From Mycolicibacterium smegmatis (GTDB taxonomy: Bacteria > Actinomycetota > Actinomycetes > Mycobacteriales > Mycobacteriaceae): a DNA stretch of 32,000 bases. Shown here piece by piece: positions 8,788-18,568 of this stretch. A program made the translations under genes and the position numbers. The stretch lies in contig NZ_LN831039.1 in assembly GCF_001457595.1 (NCBI RefSeq), positions 2,970,001-3,002,000 on the forward strand, in the 5' to 3' direction. The notes under the pieces were generated by a model. It saw only the letters and a program-made list of their open reading frames with translations. It made no database searches and was not told the origin of the DNA. Numbering within the stretch: position 1 is the first letter of the stretch; every line of letters starts with the position of its first letter.

Positions 8788-9600
8788 ATGGTGAATGAGG
8801 CCGCGGATCGTTGGTCCCCCGGACTGCGCGTCCTGCGCGGGGGCACGTCGACAACGCTGGAGGCCATCGGTGGCCTGTTCGCGATGTCGTCGGATGCGGT
8901 CCGGTTCGCGTTCCGCCGGCCGTTCCAGGGCCGCGAGTTCCTGGAGCAGTCGTGGTTCGTCGCGCGGGTGTCGCTGGCGCCGACGCTGCTGGTGGCCATC
9001 CCGTTCACGGTGCTCGTCAGCTTCACCCTCAACATCCTGTTGCGTGAACTCGGTGCGGCCGACCTGTCCGGTGCCGGGGCCGCGTTCGGCGCGGTGACAC
9101 AGGTGGGCCCGATGGTGACGGTGCTGATCGTCGCAGGCGCAGGCGCGACCGCCATGTGTGCCGATCTGGGCTCCCGCACCATCCGCGACGAGATCGACGC
9201 GATGGAAGTGCTGGGGATCAACCCGATCCAGCGTCTGGTCACGCCGCGGATCCTGGCCTCGGGTCTAGTGGCGCTGCTGCTGAACAGCCTCGTGGTGATC
9301 ATCGGGATACTGGGCGGCTACACGTTCTCGGTGTTTATCCAGGGCGTCAATCCGGGCGCGTTCGCAGCGGGTATCACCCTGCTGACGGGTGTGCCCGAGG
9401 TGATCATCTCGTGCATCAAGGCGATGCTGTTCGGCTTCATCGCCGGCATGGTGGCCTGCTTCCGTGGGCTCACCATCGCCGGTGGCGGCGCCAAGGCCGT
9501 GGGCAATGCCGTCAACGAGACTGTGGTGTACGCGTTCATGGCGCTTTTCGTCGTGAACGTGGTGGTGACGGCCATCGGTATCCGGATGACGACCGGATAG
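8788..9600 (+). CDS. yrbEA: YrbE/MlaE-family permease of mce operon (first YrbE)
   Basis: 270 aa; VSLAPTLLVAIPFTVLVSFTLNILLRELGAADLSGAG..., REL...EIDAMEVLGINPIQRLVTPRILA typical MlaE/YrbE signature. Confidence 0.93.
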   Translation: MVNEAADRWSPGLRVLRGGTSTTLEAIGGLFAMSSDAVRFAFRRPFQGREFLEQSWFVARVSLAPTLLVAIPFTVLVSFTLNILLRELGAADLSGAGAAFGAVTQVGPMVTVLIVAGAGATAMCADLGSRTIRDEIDAMEVLGINPIQRLVTPRILASGLVALLLNSLVVIIGILGGYTFSVFIQGVNPGAFAAGITLLTGVPEVIISCIKAMLFGFIAGMVACFRGLTIAGGGAKAVGNAVNETVVYAFMALFVVNVVVTAIGIRMTTG

Positions 9601-9611
9601 CGGGGCCGGTC

Positions 9612-10457
9612 ATGGTGGTACGAACCCTTCACCCACGCCTCACGCGTGAACTCCGTCGCCCGGTCGACGTCGCGGGCCGGCTCGGCGACCACACGTCGTT
9701 CTACGGCAGGGCACTGGCGGGCACCCCGCACGCGGCGATGCACTACCGGCGCGAGGTCATCCGTCTGATCGCCGAGATCAGCATGGGCGCAGGCACTTTG
9801 GCGATGATCGGCGGCACCGTCGTGATCGTCGGATTCCTCACCCTCGCCGCAGGCGGAACCCTGGCGGTCCAGGGCTACAGTTCGCTCGGGAACATCGGCA
9901 TCGAAGCCCTCACCGGCTTCCTCGCCGCGTTCATCAACGTGCGGATCTCGGCCCCGGTGGTGGCCGGTATCGGGCTGGCGGCCACGTTCGGCGCCGGCGT
10001 CACCGCGCAGCTCGGCGCCATGCGCATCAACGAGGAGATCGACGCGCTCGAGTCGATGGGCATCAGGCCGGTGGAATACCTGGTGAGCACGCGCATCGTC
10101 GCCGGCATGGTGGCCATCACGCCGCTGTACGCGGTCGCGGTGATCCTGTCGTTCGCCGCGAGCAACCTCACCACGGTCGTGATGTTCGGCCAGTCCGCGG
10201 GCCTGTACAACCATTACTTCTCGACGTTCCTCAACCCGGTCGACCTGCTGTGGTCGTTCCTGCAGGCCATCCTGATGGCGATCGCGATCCTGTTGGTGCA
10301 CACGTACTTCGGTTTCTTCGCGGCGGGCGGCCCGTCCGGTGTCGGCGTGGCCGTCGGCAACGCGGTGCGCACGTCGCTCATCGTGGTGATCGCGGTGACG
10401 CTGCTGGTCTCGCTGGCGGTCTACGGCTCCAACGGCAACTTCAACCTGTCGGGGTAG
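9612..10457 (+). CDS. yrbEB: YrbE/MlaE-family permease of mce operon (second YrbE)
   Basis: 281 aa from ATG at 9612; MRINEEIDALESMGIRPVEYLVSTRIVAGMVAITPLYA signature. The track ORF 9156-10457 is the same frame extended upstream. Confidence 0.93.
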   Translation: MVVRTLHPRLTRELRRPVDVAGRLGDHTSFYGRALAGTPHAAMHYRREVIRLIAEISMGAGTLAMIGGTVVIVGFLTLAAGGTLAVQGYSSLGNIGIEALTGFLAAFINVRISAPVVAGIGLAATFGAGVTAQLGAMRINEEIDALESMGIRPVEYLVSTRIVAGMVAITPLYAVAVILSFAASNLTTVVMFGQSAGLYNHYFSTFLNPVDLLWSFLQAILMAIAILLVHTYFGFFAAGGPSGVGVAVGNAVRTSLIVVIAVTLLVSLAVYGSNGNFNLSG

Positions 10458-10465
10458 CAGCGAAG

Positions 10466-11671
10466 ATGGCAGCGAAGACAAGAATGAGAACAGATGTGAG
10501 ACGTCCGTTGTTGGGCGTCGCGACCGCGGTGGTGATCCTCGCGGTCGTGGCCCTGTCGGTGAGTCTGTTCCGCGGCAGCTTCATCAAGTCTGTGCCCATC
10601 ACGGTGCTGACGCAGCGTGCCGGACTGGTGATGAACCCCGACGCGAAGGTGAAACTCCATGGGGCGCAGGTCGGCCGGGTGCAGGCAATCGAATCGTTGC
10701 CCGACGGGCGTGCGGCACTCCATCTGGCGATGGAACCGGCGTACCTGGATCTGATCCCGGCCAACGTCGGTGTCGACATCGCGGCGCCGACGGTGTTCGG
10801 CGCCAAGTCGATCGAACTCGTTCCGCCGCCGAACCCTGATCCGCAACCGTTGCGCGCCGGTCAGGTCCTGTCGGCCGACCATGTCACGGTCGAGATCAAC
10901 ACCATCTTCGAGAAGTTGTCCACCGTGCTGTCCAAGATCGAACCCCACAAGCTGAACCAGACCCTGGGCGCGTTGTCGGTCGCCGTCGACGGGCGCGGGG
11001 ACCAGATCGGTCAGATGCTCACGGAATTCGACGCTTTCCTGACGAAGATCGACCCGAGCCTGCCCACCCTGGACCACGAGCTCGCGGTGGCACCGCACGT
11101 GCTCGATGCCTACGCCGACGTCGCACCCGAGTTGCTCACGACCGTCGATGCGGCCACCACGGTCAGCCGCACCATCGTCGAGGAACGGCACAACGTCGAC
11201 GGGTTGCTGCTCAGCATGATCGGACTGTCCGACATCGGGATCGACGTCGTCGGTGCCAACCGGCAGGCGATCACCGACGCGGCGCACCTGCTGGCTCCCA
11301 CGACCGATCTGACCAACGAGTACCACCAGGCGCTCACGTGCGGACTCGGCGGCGCGGTCCAACTCGCCAAGGCGCCGGGCAGTCCGGTGCCCGGCGGGTT
11401 GCTGCTGCAGACCGTCGTGCTGGGGCAGGAGCGCTACCGCTACCCGGACAACCTGCCCAAGGTCGCGGCCAAGGGCGGCCCGCAGTGCACCGACCTGCCG
11501 AAGGTGCCCTTCCAGAAGCATCCGCCGTTCGTGATCACCGATGTCAACGCCAACCCGGCGCAGTACGGCAACGAGGGCATCCTGCTCAACTCCGACGGTC
11601 TCAAGCAGATGCTCTACGGCCCGATCGCCGGGCCGCCCCGCAACTCCGCCCAGATCGGACAGCCGGGATGA
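10466..11671 (+). CDS. mceA: MCE family protein MceA
   Basis: 401 aa; N-terminal TM then SVPITVLTQRAGLVMNPDAKVKLHGAQVGRVQAIE (MCE domain), VTVEINTIFEKLSTVLSKIEPHKLNQTLGAL. First Mce after the YrbEs. Confidence 0.93.
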   Translation: MAAKTRMRTDVRRPLLGVATAVVILAVVALSVSLFRGSFIKSVPITVLTQRAGLVMNPDAKVKLHGAQVGRVQAIESLPDGRAALHLAMEPAYLDLIPANVGVDIAAPTVFGAKSIELVPPPNPDPQPLRAGQVLSADHVTVEINTIFEKLSTVLSKIEPHKLNQTLGALSVAVDGRGDQIGQMLTEFDAFLTKIDPSLPTLDHELAVAPHVLDAYADVAPELLTTVDAATTVSRTIVEERHNVDGLLLSMIGLSDIGIDVVGANRQAITDAAHLLAPTTDLTNEYHQALTCGLGGAVQLAKAPGSPVPGGLLLQTVVLGQERYRYPDNLPKVAAKGGPQCTDLPKVPFQKHPPFVITDVNANPAQYGNEGILLNSDGLKQMLYGPIAGPPRNSAQIGQPG

Positions 11672-12699
11672 CGGGCATCGGTGGAACCGCGCTCAAGTTC
11701 GGCGTCTTCGGCGTCGTCATGACCCTGATGACGGGCGTGCTGTTCGTGATCTTCGGCGAGTACCGGTCGGGGTCGGCCAACACCTATTCCGCGGTGTTCG
11801 ACGACGTCTCCAGTCTCAAGCCCGGCGATTCGGTACGGGTGGCAGGGCTGCGCGTCGGAACCGTGAACAGTGTTGCGCTGCAACCCGACAACACCGTCGT
11901 CGTGAAGTTCGACGCCGACGACGACGTGCGCCTCACCGAGGGCACCACCGTGAAGGTCCGGTACCTCAACCTCGTGGGCGACCACTATCTCGAGCTCGTC
12001 GACGAGCCCGGGTCGGCGCGGATCCAGCCTCCGGGTTCGCAGATCGGCTCGGACAGAACCGAGTCCGCGCTCGATCTCGATCTGCTGCTCGGCGGATTGA
12101 AGCCGGTCATCCAGGGTCTCAATCCCCAGGACATCAACGCCCTGACCAGTTCGCTCATCCAGATCCTGCAGGGCCAGAGCGGTGACGTGGAAGCGCTTTT
12201 CGCGCGCACCTCCGCGTTCACCAACACCCTTGCTGACAACGGCCAGACCGTCGAGCAGCTCATCGTCAACCTCAACGACGTCCTCACCACGGTCGCCCGC
12301 GACGGTGAGAAGTTCTCCGGCGCGGTCGATCACCTGGAAACCCTGGTCACCGGACTGGCCGCGGACCGCGATCCGATCGCGGAGGCGATCACCGCACTGG
12401 ACAACGGAACCGCGTCGCTCGCGAGTCTGCTGACCGAAGCCCGGCCGCCGCTGTCGGGAACCGTCGACCAGATGGAGCGCCTGGCGCCGCTGCTGTCCAA
12501 TGACGACGACCTCGCACGCCTGGATCTGGCCCTGCAGAAGACCCCGGCCAACTACCGCAAACTGGTGCGGCTCGGCTCCTACGGCAGCTGGCTCAACCTC
12601 TACATCTGCGGTGTGTCGGTGCGCGTGACCGACCTTCAGGGCCGGACCGCCCACTTCCCGTGGGTCATCCAGAACACCGGAAGATGCGCGGAGCCCTGA
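11668..12699 (+). CDS. mceB: MCE family protein MceB
   Basis: 343 aa; TYSAVFDDVSSLKPGDSVRVAGLRVGTVNSVALQPDNTVVVKFDADD, VRYLNLVGDHYLEL. ATGA overlap with mceA. Confidence 0.93.
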   Translation: MTGIGGTALKFGVFGVVMTLMTGVLFVIFGEYRSGSANTYSAVFDDVSSLKPGDSVRVAGLRVGTVNSVALQPDNTVVVKFDADDDVRLTEGTTVKVRYLNLVGDHYLELVDEPGSARIQPPGSQIGSDRTESALDLDLLLGGLKPVIQGLNPQDINALTSSLIQILQGQSGDVEALFARTSAFTNTLADNGQTVEQLIVNLNDVLTTVARDGEKFSGAVDHLETLVTGLAADRDPIAEAITALDNGTASLASLLTEARPPLSGTVDQMERLAPLLSNDDDLARLDLALQKTPANYRKLVRLGSYGSWLNLYICGVSVRVTDLQGRTAHFPWVIQNTGRCAEP

Positions 12700-13775
12700 T
12701 GCACAAATATCGTGGAACACGGCTCATCCGGACCGGGCTGCTCGGCCTGGTCCTGGTGGTGCTCATCATCGTCGTCGGCCTGCAGCCGCAGCAGCTCATC
12801 CAGATGGCCACCTCGGTCCGCTATCACGCCGAGTTCGCCGAGGCCGGTGGGCTCACGGCAGGCAACGAGGTCAAGGTGTCCGGTGTGACCGTGGGCACCG
12901 TGTCCGATGTCGAGCTCGTGAACGGCCGCGCGCGAGTCACTTTCGCGCTCGACGGCAAGACACGGCTGGGACAGGACACGACGGCGCACATCCGCACCGG
13001 CACCCTGCTGGGGCAGCGAGTTCTCACCGTGGAACCGAAGGGCAGCGGGCGGATCGGCCCATCGGGTGTGATCCCGGTGAGCCGGACGGGTTCGCCGTAC
13101 TCGTTGACCGACGCGGTCGGTGACTTCACCACCAACACGGCCGAGACCGACACCGCGGCCATCAACCAGTCACTCGACGTCCTCTCGGAGACCATCGAGC
13201 GGATCGCACCTCAGCTCGCCCCGACCTTCGACGGCATCACGCGCCTGTCGCAGTCGCTCAACAATCGCAACGAGTCCCTCGCCGATCTGCTCAAGAGCGC
13301 ATCGGAGATCACCGGGATCCTCTCCGAGCGCAGTGAGCAGGTCAATCGGCTGATCCTCAACGCCAACGACCTGCTCGCGGTGGTCCGCGACCGCCGGTAC
13401 GTGATCGTCAACCTGCTGGCCAACACCTCGGCCGTGGCACGACAACTCTCCGCACTGGTCTCCGACAACGAAGCGGAACTCGCACCCGCGCTGGAGAAGC
13501 TCAACAAGGTCCTCGCGATGCTCGAACGCAACCGCGACAACCTCACGGCCTCACTCAAGGGACTCGCCAAATACCAGCTCACGCAGGGCGAGGCGGTCAA
13601 CAACGGGTTCTACTACTACGGTTTCGCCTCCAATCTGCTGCCCGGGCCCGCCATCCAGCCGTTCCTCGACTACGCACTCGGGTTCCGGCGCGGGGTCAAC
13701 GCGGGACAGCCGCCCGACAACGCCGGGCCACGCGCCGAGTTCCCCTTCCCCAACAACGGCATTCCCGGAGGATGA
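12699..13775 (+). CDS. mceC: MCE family protein MceC
   Basis: 358 aa; VRYHAEFAEAGGLTAGNEVKVSGVTVGTVSDVEL MCE domain; TGATG overlap with mceB. Confidence 0.93.
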   Translation: MHKYRGTRLIRTGLLGLVLVVLIIVVGLQPQQLIQMATSVRYHAEFAEAGGLTAGNEVKVSGVTVGTVSDVELVNGRARVTFALDGKTRLGQDTTAHIRTGTLLGQRVLTVEPKGSGRIGPSGVIPVSRTGSPYSLTDAVGDFTTNTAETDTAAINQSLDVLSETIERIAPQLAPTFDGITRLSQSLNNRNESLADLLKSASEITGILSERSEQVNRLILNANDLLAVVRDRRYVIVNLLANTSAVARQLSALVSDNEAELAPALEKLNKVLAMLERNRDNLTASLKGLAKYQLTQGEAVNNGFYYYGFASNLLPGPAIQPFLDYALGFRRGVNAGQPPDNAGPRAEFPFPNNGIPGG

Positions 13776-15235
13776 CGATGCGCGCCTCATGGCGGATCAC
13801 TCCGCGGCTCACGCGAATCCTGCTCGTCGCACTGGTGGCGCTGACTGCCGCCGGCGGCGGGGTCGTGTTGTACCAGAAGAATTTCGGCCCCAAGACGATC
13901 GTCGCCCATTTCACGTCGGCGACCGCGATCTACCCGGGTGACGAGGTCCGTGTCGCCGGCGTCAAGGTCGGCAACATCAAGACCATCGATGCCGCGGGCA
14001 CGACCGCGAAGATGACACTTGAGGTGCAGCGGGATGTGCCGATCCCGGCGGATGCCAAGGCGATCATCGTCGCGCAGAACCTGGTGTCGGCGCGATACGT
14101 CCAGTTGACGCCGCCGTACGGGGTCGACGGCGCGGACGGCCCCGTCATGGCCGACGGCGCCGAGATCGGTGTCGACCGCACCGCCGTGCCCGTGGAGTGG
14201 GACGAGGTCAAGGAGCAGTTGACCCGCCTGGCAACCGATCTCGGACCTGCCAACGGTGTGTCGGAGACGTCGCTGGGCCGATTCATCGACAGCACCGCCA
14301 ACGCCATGGCAGGCAACGGAGACAAACTGCGCACCACCATCGCGCAGATGTCGGAGGTGGGCCGCATCCTGGGAGAGGGCAGCGGGAACATCGTCGAGAC
14401 CCTGCAGAACCTGCAGACCTTCGTCACGGCGTTGCGCGACAGCAACGCCCAGATCGTGCAGTTCCAGGGCAGCCTGGCCGATGTCACCAGCGTCATCGAC
14501 GGCAGCCGGTCAGATCTGGACGCCGCGGTCAAAGACCTGTCCGAAGCGGTCGGCCTGGTCCAGGGTTTCATCTCCGGCACCCGGGATCAGACCGCCGAAC
14601 AGATCCAACGGCTCGCCGAGGTGACGCAGGTGTTGTCCGACAACAGCACCGTGGTCAAGAACGTGCTGCACGCCGCGCCCAACGCGTTGGTGAACGGCTA
14701 CAACATCTACAACCCCGACACCGGGGGGCCGCGAGGGTCGTTCGCCATGAACAACTTCGCCAATCCGGTGGCGGTGATCTGCTCTGCCATCGGTGCCGTC
14801 GAGAACGCCACCTCCGAAGAATCGGCCAAGGCCTGCGCACAGTACCTGGGACCGGCGCTGCGGTTGATGAACTTCAACTACCTGCCCATGCCGTTCAACG
14901 CCTATCTCGGACCGGCGCCCAAGAACGTGATCTACTCCGAGCCGGGCCTGGCTCCCGGCGGAGGCGGAACACCCTCGGCCCCTGCCGAACTGCCGCCTGC
15001 CGTATCGGCCTACACCGGCGCCGGCGACGTGCCGCCTCCTGCGGGATGGGCCGACCCACCGCAGCCCCCCGGTGCGTACACCCCGAACGGGCTTCCGGCC
15101 GAACGCCATCCCGCGTTGTACCCCGGCGCGCCGGTCCCGCCCGCCACCTCGCCGCCGCCGGCGTCGACTCTGGAGGACCTGCTGTTACCTGCCGAGATGG
15201 CCGCTGCGCCACCCGCACCGGAAGGAACCCCGTGA
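13772..15235 (+). CDS. mceD: MCE family protein MceD with Pro-rich C-terminal tail
   Basis: 487 aa; TIVAHFTSATAIYPGDEVRVAGVKVGNIKTIDAAGTTAKMTLEV; C-terminal PPPAGWADPPQPPGAYTP... tail. Confidence 0.93.
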   Translation: MTMRASWRITPRLTRILLVALVALTAAGGGVVLYQKNFGPKTIVAHFTSATAIYPGDEVRVAGVKVGNIKTIDAAGTTAKMTLEVQRDVPIPADAKAIIVAQNLVSARYVQLTPPYGVDGADGPVMADGAEIGVDRTAVPVEWDEVKEQLTRLATDLGPANGVSETSLGRFIDSTANAMAGNGDKLRTTIAQMSEVGRILGEGSGNIVETLQNLQTFVTALRDSNAQIVQFQGSLADVTSVIDGSRSDLDAAVKDLSEAVGLVQGFISGTRDQTAEQIQRLAEVTQVLSDNSTVVKNVLHAAPNALVNGYNIYNPDTGGPRGSFAMNNFANPVAVICSAIGAVENATSEESAKACAQYLGPALRLMNFNYLPMPFNAYLGPAPKNVIYSEPGLAPGGGGTPSAPAELPPAVSAYTGAGDVPPPAGWADPPQPPGAYTPNGLPAERHPALYPGAPVPPATSPPPASTLEDLLLPAEMAAAPPAPEGTP

Positions 15236-16422
15236 AGCCACGTAAGCCCGCACGCGGTTGGCTCGCCGTGGCCTGCTGTGCGGTCCTCACGGTATCGGGC
15301 TGCAGGTTCGACGGCGTCAACTCGCTACCGCTGCCTGGCACCGTGGGCACCGGGTCCGACGCGGCGACCTTCCACGTGCAGATCGCGAATGTCGGTACGT
15401 TGGAGCCCAATTCGCCCGTGATGATCGACGACGTCGTGGTCGGTGCGGTCCGCAGGATGACCCTGGACGGCTGGCACGCCGATGTCGAGGTGTCCGTGCA
15501 ACCCGACGTCGTGGTACCCGCCAACGCCGTCGCGACCGTCGGACAGACGAGTCTGCTGGGGTCGATGCACCTGGCGCTGGATCCGCCCGTGGACTCAGCA
15601 CCGGAGGGCAGGTTGGCGCCGGGCGCGACGATACCGCTGAGCCGATCGACGACCTACCCCTCGACCGAGCAGACCCTGTCGTCGTTGTCGCTGGTCGTCA
15701 ACGGTGGGGGACTGATGCAGATCGCGGATATCGTGCACAACTTCAGCGCGGCGCTCGACGGGCGCGCGGTCGAGATCCGAGACCTGCTGACGCGCATGAA
15801 CAACGTCGTCGGCATCCTCGACAATCAACGCGACAACATCGTCGCGACCATCGCGGCGATGAACCGTGTGGCAGGCACTTTCGCCGCGCAACGCAGCACC
15901 CTCACCGAGGCGCTCGACCGGATCCCACCCGCGCTCGAAGTTCTTGCCTCACAACGACCACAGATCACGACGGCCATGAACAAGCTGGGGGCGTTCAGCG
16001 ACATCGCCCATCGGCTGATCAACGACTCACAGGCCGATCTGGTCCGCAATTTGAAGAACCTCGAACCGACCGTGAAGGCGCTGGCCGACGTGGGCACGGA
16101 CCTGGTCACGGCACTGTCGTACCTTCCGACCTATCCCTACACCCAGGACTTCATCGACCGCGGCATCCGCGGCGACTTCATGAACCAGTTCATCGTCTTC
16201 GACTTCACCATCCCGCGTCTGAAGAGCGGCATCCTGCTCGGCACCCGGTGGGGACAGCCGGGAGCCTCACTGGTGCCTGCACCCGGTGACCCGTGGTACT
16301 CGTCGTACACGCTGGATCCGCTCAAGGCCCCGGTCACCCCCAAGCCCACCGAGTTGGCTCCGTTCCCGCCGACGGTCGACGGAGCCGGGGATGCGGCACC
16401 GGCCGCAGAGGGAGGCAACTGA
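15232..16422 (+). CDS. mceE: MCE family lipoprotein MceE
   Basis: GTG start at 15232 overlapping mceD stop; MKPRKPARGWLAVACCAVLTVSGCRF lipobox; FHVQIANVGTLEPNSPVMIDDVVVGAVRRMTLDGWHADVEVSV. Confidence 0.92.
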   Translation: MKPRKPARGWLAVACCAVLTVSGCRFDGVNSLPLPGTVGTGSDAATFHVQIANVGTLEPNSPVMIDDVVVGAVRRMTLDGWHADVEVSVQPDVVVPANAVATVGQTSLLGSMHLALDPPVDSAPEGRLAPGATIPLSRSTTYPSTEQTLSSLSLVVNGGGLMQIADIVHNFSAALDGRAVEIRDLLTRMNNVVGILDNQRDNIVATIAAMNRVAGTFAAQRSTLTEALDRIPPALEVLASQRPQITTAMNKLGAFSDIAHRLINDSQADLVRNLKNLEPTVKALADVGTDLVTALSYLPTYPYTQDFIDRGIRGDFMNQFIVFDFTIPRLKSGILLGTRWGQPGASLVPAPGDPWYSSYTLDPLKAPVTPKPTELAPFPPTVDGAGDAAPAAEGGN

Positions 16423-17909
16423 TGATCACCCGGTTCATCCGCACCCAGCTGATCATCTTCACCATCACCTCGGTGGTCGCGTCGGCGATGATGGTGTTCA
16501 GCTATCTGCAGGCGCCCGTGCTGTTCGGAATCGGCCGCATCACCGTGACATTGGAGTTGCCGTCCACCGGTGGGCTGTACCGGTTCTCCAACGTCACCTA
16601 CCGCGGCATCGAGGTGGGCAAGGTGACCGACGTCCGGCCCACGCGCTCCGGGGCGCTGGCCACGCTGTCGCTGCAGACCTCGCCCAGGATCCCGGCCGAC
16701 CTGCAGGCGGACGTCCGCAGCGTGTCCGCGGTCGGTGAGCAGTATGTCGACCTGCGGCCCCGGACGGACGACGCGCCGTATCTTCAGGACGGGTCGGTCA
16801 TCACGGCCGCGAACACCTCGGTCCCGCAAAAGGTGGGCCCGATGCTCGACCAGATGAGCGCCCTGGTCGACAGCATTCCCTCGGGTCAACTCGGCGGCCT
16901 GCTCGACGAATCGTTCAGGGCCCTCAACGGATCCGGGCACGAACTCGGCGCGCTGTTCGATTCCTCGGCGCGGTTGGCATCCGACCTCGACGCGACCGCC
17001 GACACCACACGCACCCTGATCGACGACAGCAGGCCACTGCTCGACGGTCAGGCCGCGAGCGTCGATGCGATCCGCACGTGGGCACGCAGCCTCGCCGGCA
17101 TCACCCGGCAGGTGGCCGACGACGATGCGCAGATCCGCACCATCGTGCAGACCGGTTCGGGTGCGGCCGACGAGGCGTCGAGGCTGCTGGACCAGGTCAA
17201 GCCCACGCTGCCGGTGCTGCTGGCCAACCTGGTCACGGTCGGACAGATCGGCGTGACCTACAACCCGTCGATCGAACAACTCCTGGTGCTGCTGCCGCCG
17301 TACCTGGCCGCCACCCAGTCCTACGGTTCGTCGCTCAACAACCCGACCGGCATGGCGCTGTCGGAGTTCAGCCTGACCCTCGGCGATCCTCCGGCGTGCA
17401 CGGTCGGGTTCCTGCCGCCCTCGGAGTGGCGGTCACCGGCCGATCTGACCGACGTCGACACCCCGGACGGGCTGTACTGCAAACTCCCGCAGGACTCACC
17501 GATCGGTGTGCGCGGCGCGAGGAACTTCCCGTGCATGGGACAACCGGGCAAGCGGGCTCCCACCGTCGAGATCTGCGAGAGCGACCGGCCTTTCGAACCG
17601 CTCGCGATGCGTCAGCATGTGACCGGTCCGTACCCGATCGACCCCAACCTGATCGCCCAGGGCGTGCCGCCGGATGACCGGGTCACGCTGGACGAACACA
17701 TCTACGGGCCGGTCGAGGGAACACCTGTCGACGGCGACGCGCTGCCGGTGGCGCCGAGTGCCCACACCGCAGGTGACGGTCCCTCGGTCGCGATCGCGAC
17801 CTACGACCCCGAGACGGGGCGGTACGCGACGCCGGACGGCCAGGTGCACCACCAGGCGGATCTGGCGACGCCGGGCGCGCAGAACTGGGAAGACCTGCTC
17901 CCCAGGTGA
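16422..17909 (+). CDS. mceF: MCE family protein MceF
   Basis: 495 aa; MITRFIRTQLIIFTITSVVASAMMVFSYLQAPVLFGIGRITVTLELPSTGGLYRFSNVTYRGIEVGKVTDV; overlap with mceE stop. Confidence 0.93.
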   Translation: MITRFIRTQLIIFTITSVVASAMMVFSYLQAPVLFGIGRITVTLELPSTGGLYRFSNVTYRGIEVGKVTDVRPTRSGALATLSLQTSPRIPADLQADVRSVSAVGEQYVDLRPRTDDAPYLQDGSVITAANTSVPQKVGPMLDQMSALVDSIPSGQLGGLLDESFRALNGSGHELGALFDSSARLASDLDATADTTRTLIDDSRPLLDGQAASVDAIRTWARSLAGITRQVADDDAQIRTIVQTGSGAADEASRLLDQVKPTLPVLLANLVTVGQIGVTYNPSIEQLLVLLPPYLAATQSYGSSLNNPTGMALSEFSLTLGDPPACTVGFLPPSEWRSPADLTDVDTPDGLYCKLPQDSPIGVRGARNFPCMGQPGKRAPTVEICESDRPFEPLAMRQHVTGPYPIDPNLIAQGVPPDDRVTLDEHIYGPVEGTPVDGDALPVAPSAHTAGDGPSVAIATYDPETGRYATPDGQVHHQADLATPGAQNWEDLLPR

Positions 17910-17928
17910 TCCCGGTGGATCAGGTCTT
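17890..17928. terminator. Candidate bidirectional terminator at convergent ends of mceF and secreted-protein gene
   Basis: AAGACCTG (17890-17897) and CAGGTCTT (17921-17928), perfect 8-bp arms, 23-nt loop spanning both stop codons. Confidence 0.45.
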
Positions 17929-18432
17929 GACCAGTTTGAACGGCATCGTGATGTAGACGGGCTTGTTCACGCCGCAGGCACCGCTCTCACCGGTGGTGAT
18001 GTCCTCACCCACCAGGGTCGTCGACTTCGGGTCGTTCATCGCGCCGTTGGGCGTCATCGGCTTGAACCGGAACACCTGAAGCCCGGGTGCGGCGGTGCCG
18101 TCCGGGCACGGAACCCAGTCGGGGATGGTGTGTTTGACGTACCAGATCCCGCTCTTCTGGTAGATCGGTGCGGTCCAGCCCCATTCGCTGTGCACCGTGC
18201 CGGTGCATTCACCGGGGTAGCTGCACTGCGTGCTGATGGTCCAGGTGCTGCGCAGGCTGGCCTGCTCGTAGAACACGTCGTTCTTGCGCGCCCACTCACC
18301 GTTGGAGGTCGCGACATACGTGCCGTTGAGGCCCCAGTCGTTCTCCGCCGCGGCCGGTGCGCTCGTCGCCACGCCGAAGCAGGTCGCGGCGGCGGTGGCC
18401 ATCACGATCGATACCCGGGATACACGCATCAT
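17920..18432 (-). CDS. Secreted protein of unknown function with four cysteines; resembles the product at 7214-7693
   Basis: 170 aa; signal peptide VSIVMATAAATCFGVATSAPAAA; TWTISTQCSYPGEC..., HTIPDWVPCPDG, C-terminal MPFKLVKT. Confidence 0.82.
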   Translation of the reverse strand: MMRVSRVSIVMATAAATCFGVATSAPAAAENDWGLNGTYVATSNGEWARKNDVFYEQASLRSTWTISTQCSYPGECTGTVHSEWGWTAPIYQKSGIWYVKHTIPDWVPCPDGTAAPGLQVFRFKPMTPNGAMNDPKSTTLVGEDITTGESGACGVNKPVYITMPFKLVKT

Positions 18433-18568
18433 CGCCTACTCCTCGTACGCGCTGGCCAGTCCAGATCGGACCGAACGCTAACAACGGGTGGCGGTGCCGG
18501 GCGGGGGAGCGCCCACTGAGCGGACGCGCGGATGGTATCGCCGATGTCGCCGTGTCACAGTGCTGCCC

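Noticed and set aside
9318-12720. Long minus-strand ORFs 9318-10481, 10421-11521, 11614-12720
   Set aside because: Shadow ORFs opposite yrbE/mceA/mceB. Composition (H/R/D/G rich) has no recognisable domains and the sense strand encodes clear MCE proteins.
11020-16200. RGD tripeptides in MceA (GRGDQIG) and MceE (GIRGDFMN), considered as integrin-binding motifs
   Set aside because: Both lie in segments generally similar to conserved Mce sequence (e.g. GDYMN-like), so the tripeptide is more likely structural or by chance in an Arg/Gly/Asp-rich proteome.
14197-16422. 741-aa plus-strand ORF
   Set aside because: The upstream part is an out-of-frame reading of mceD. The real gene is mceE from GTG 15232, which gives a proper lipoprotein signal.
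18452-18520. Palindrome CTGGCCAG and short GGGCG/CGCCC repeat between divergent secreted-protein genes
   Set aside because: Short arms in GC-rich DNA, expected by chance. No supporting promoter or repeat context.
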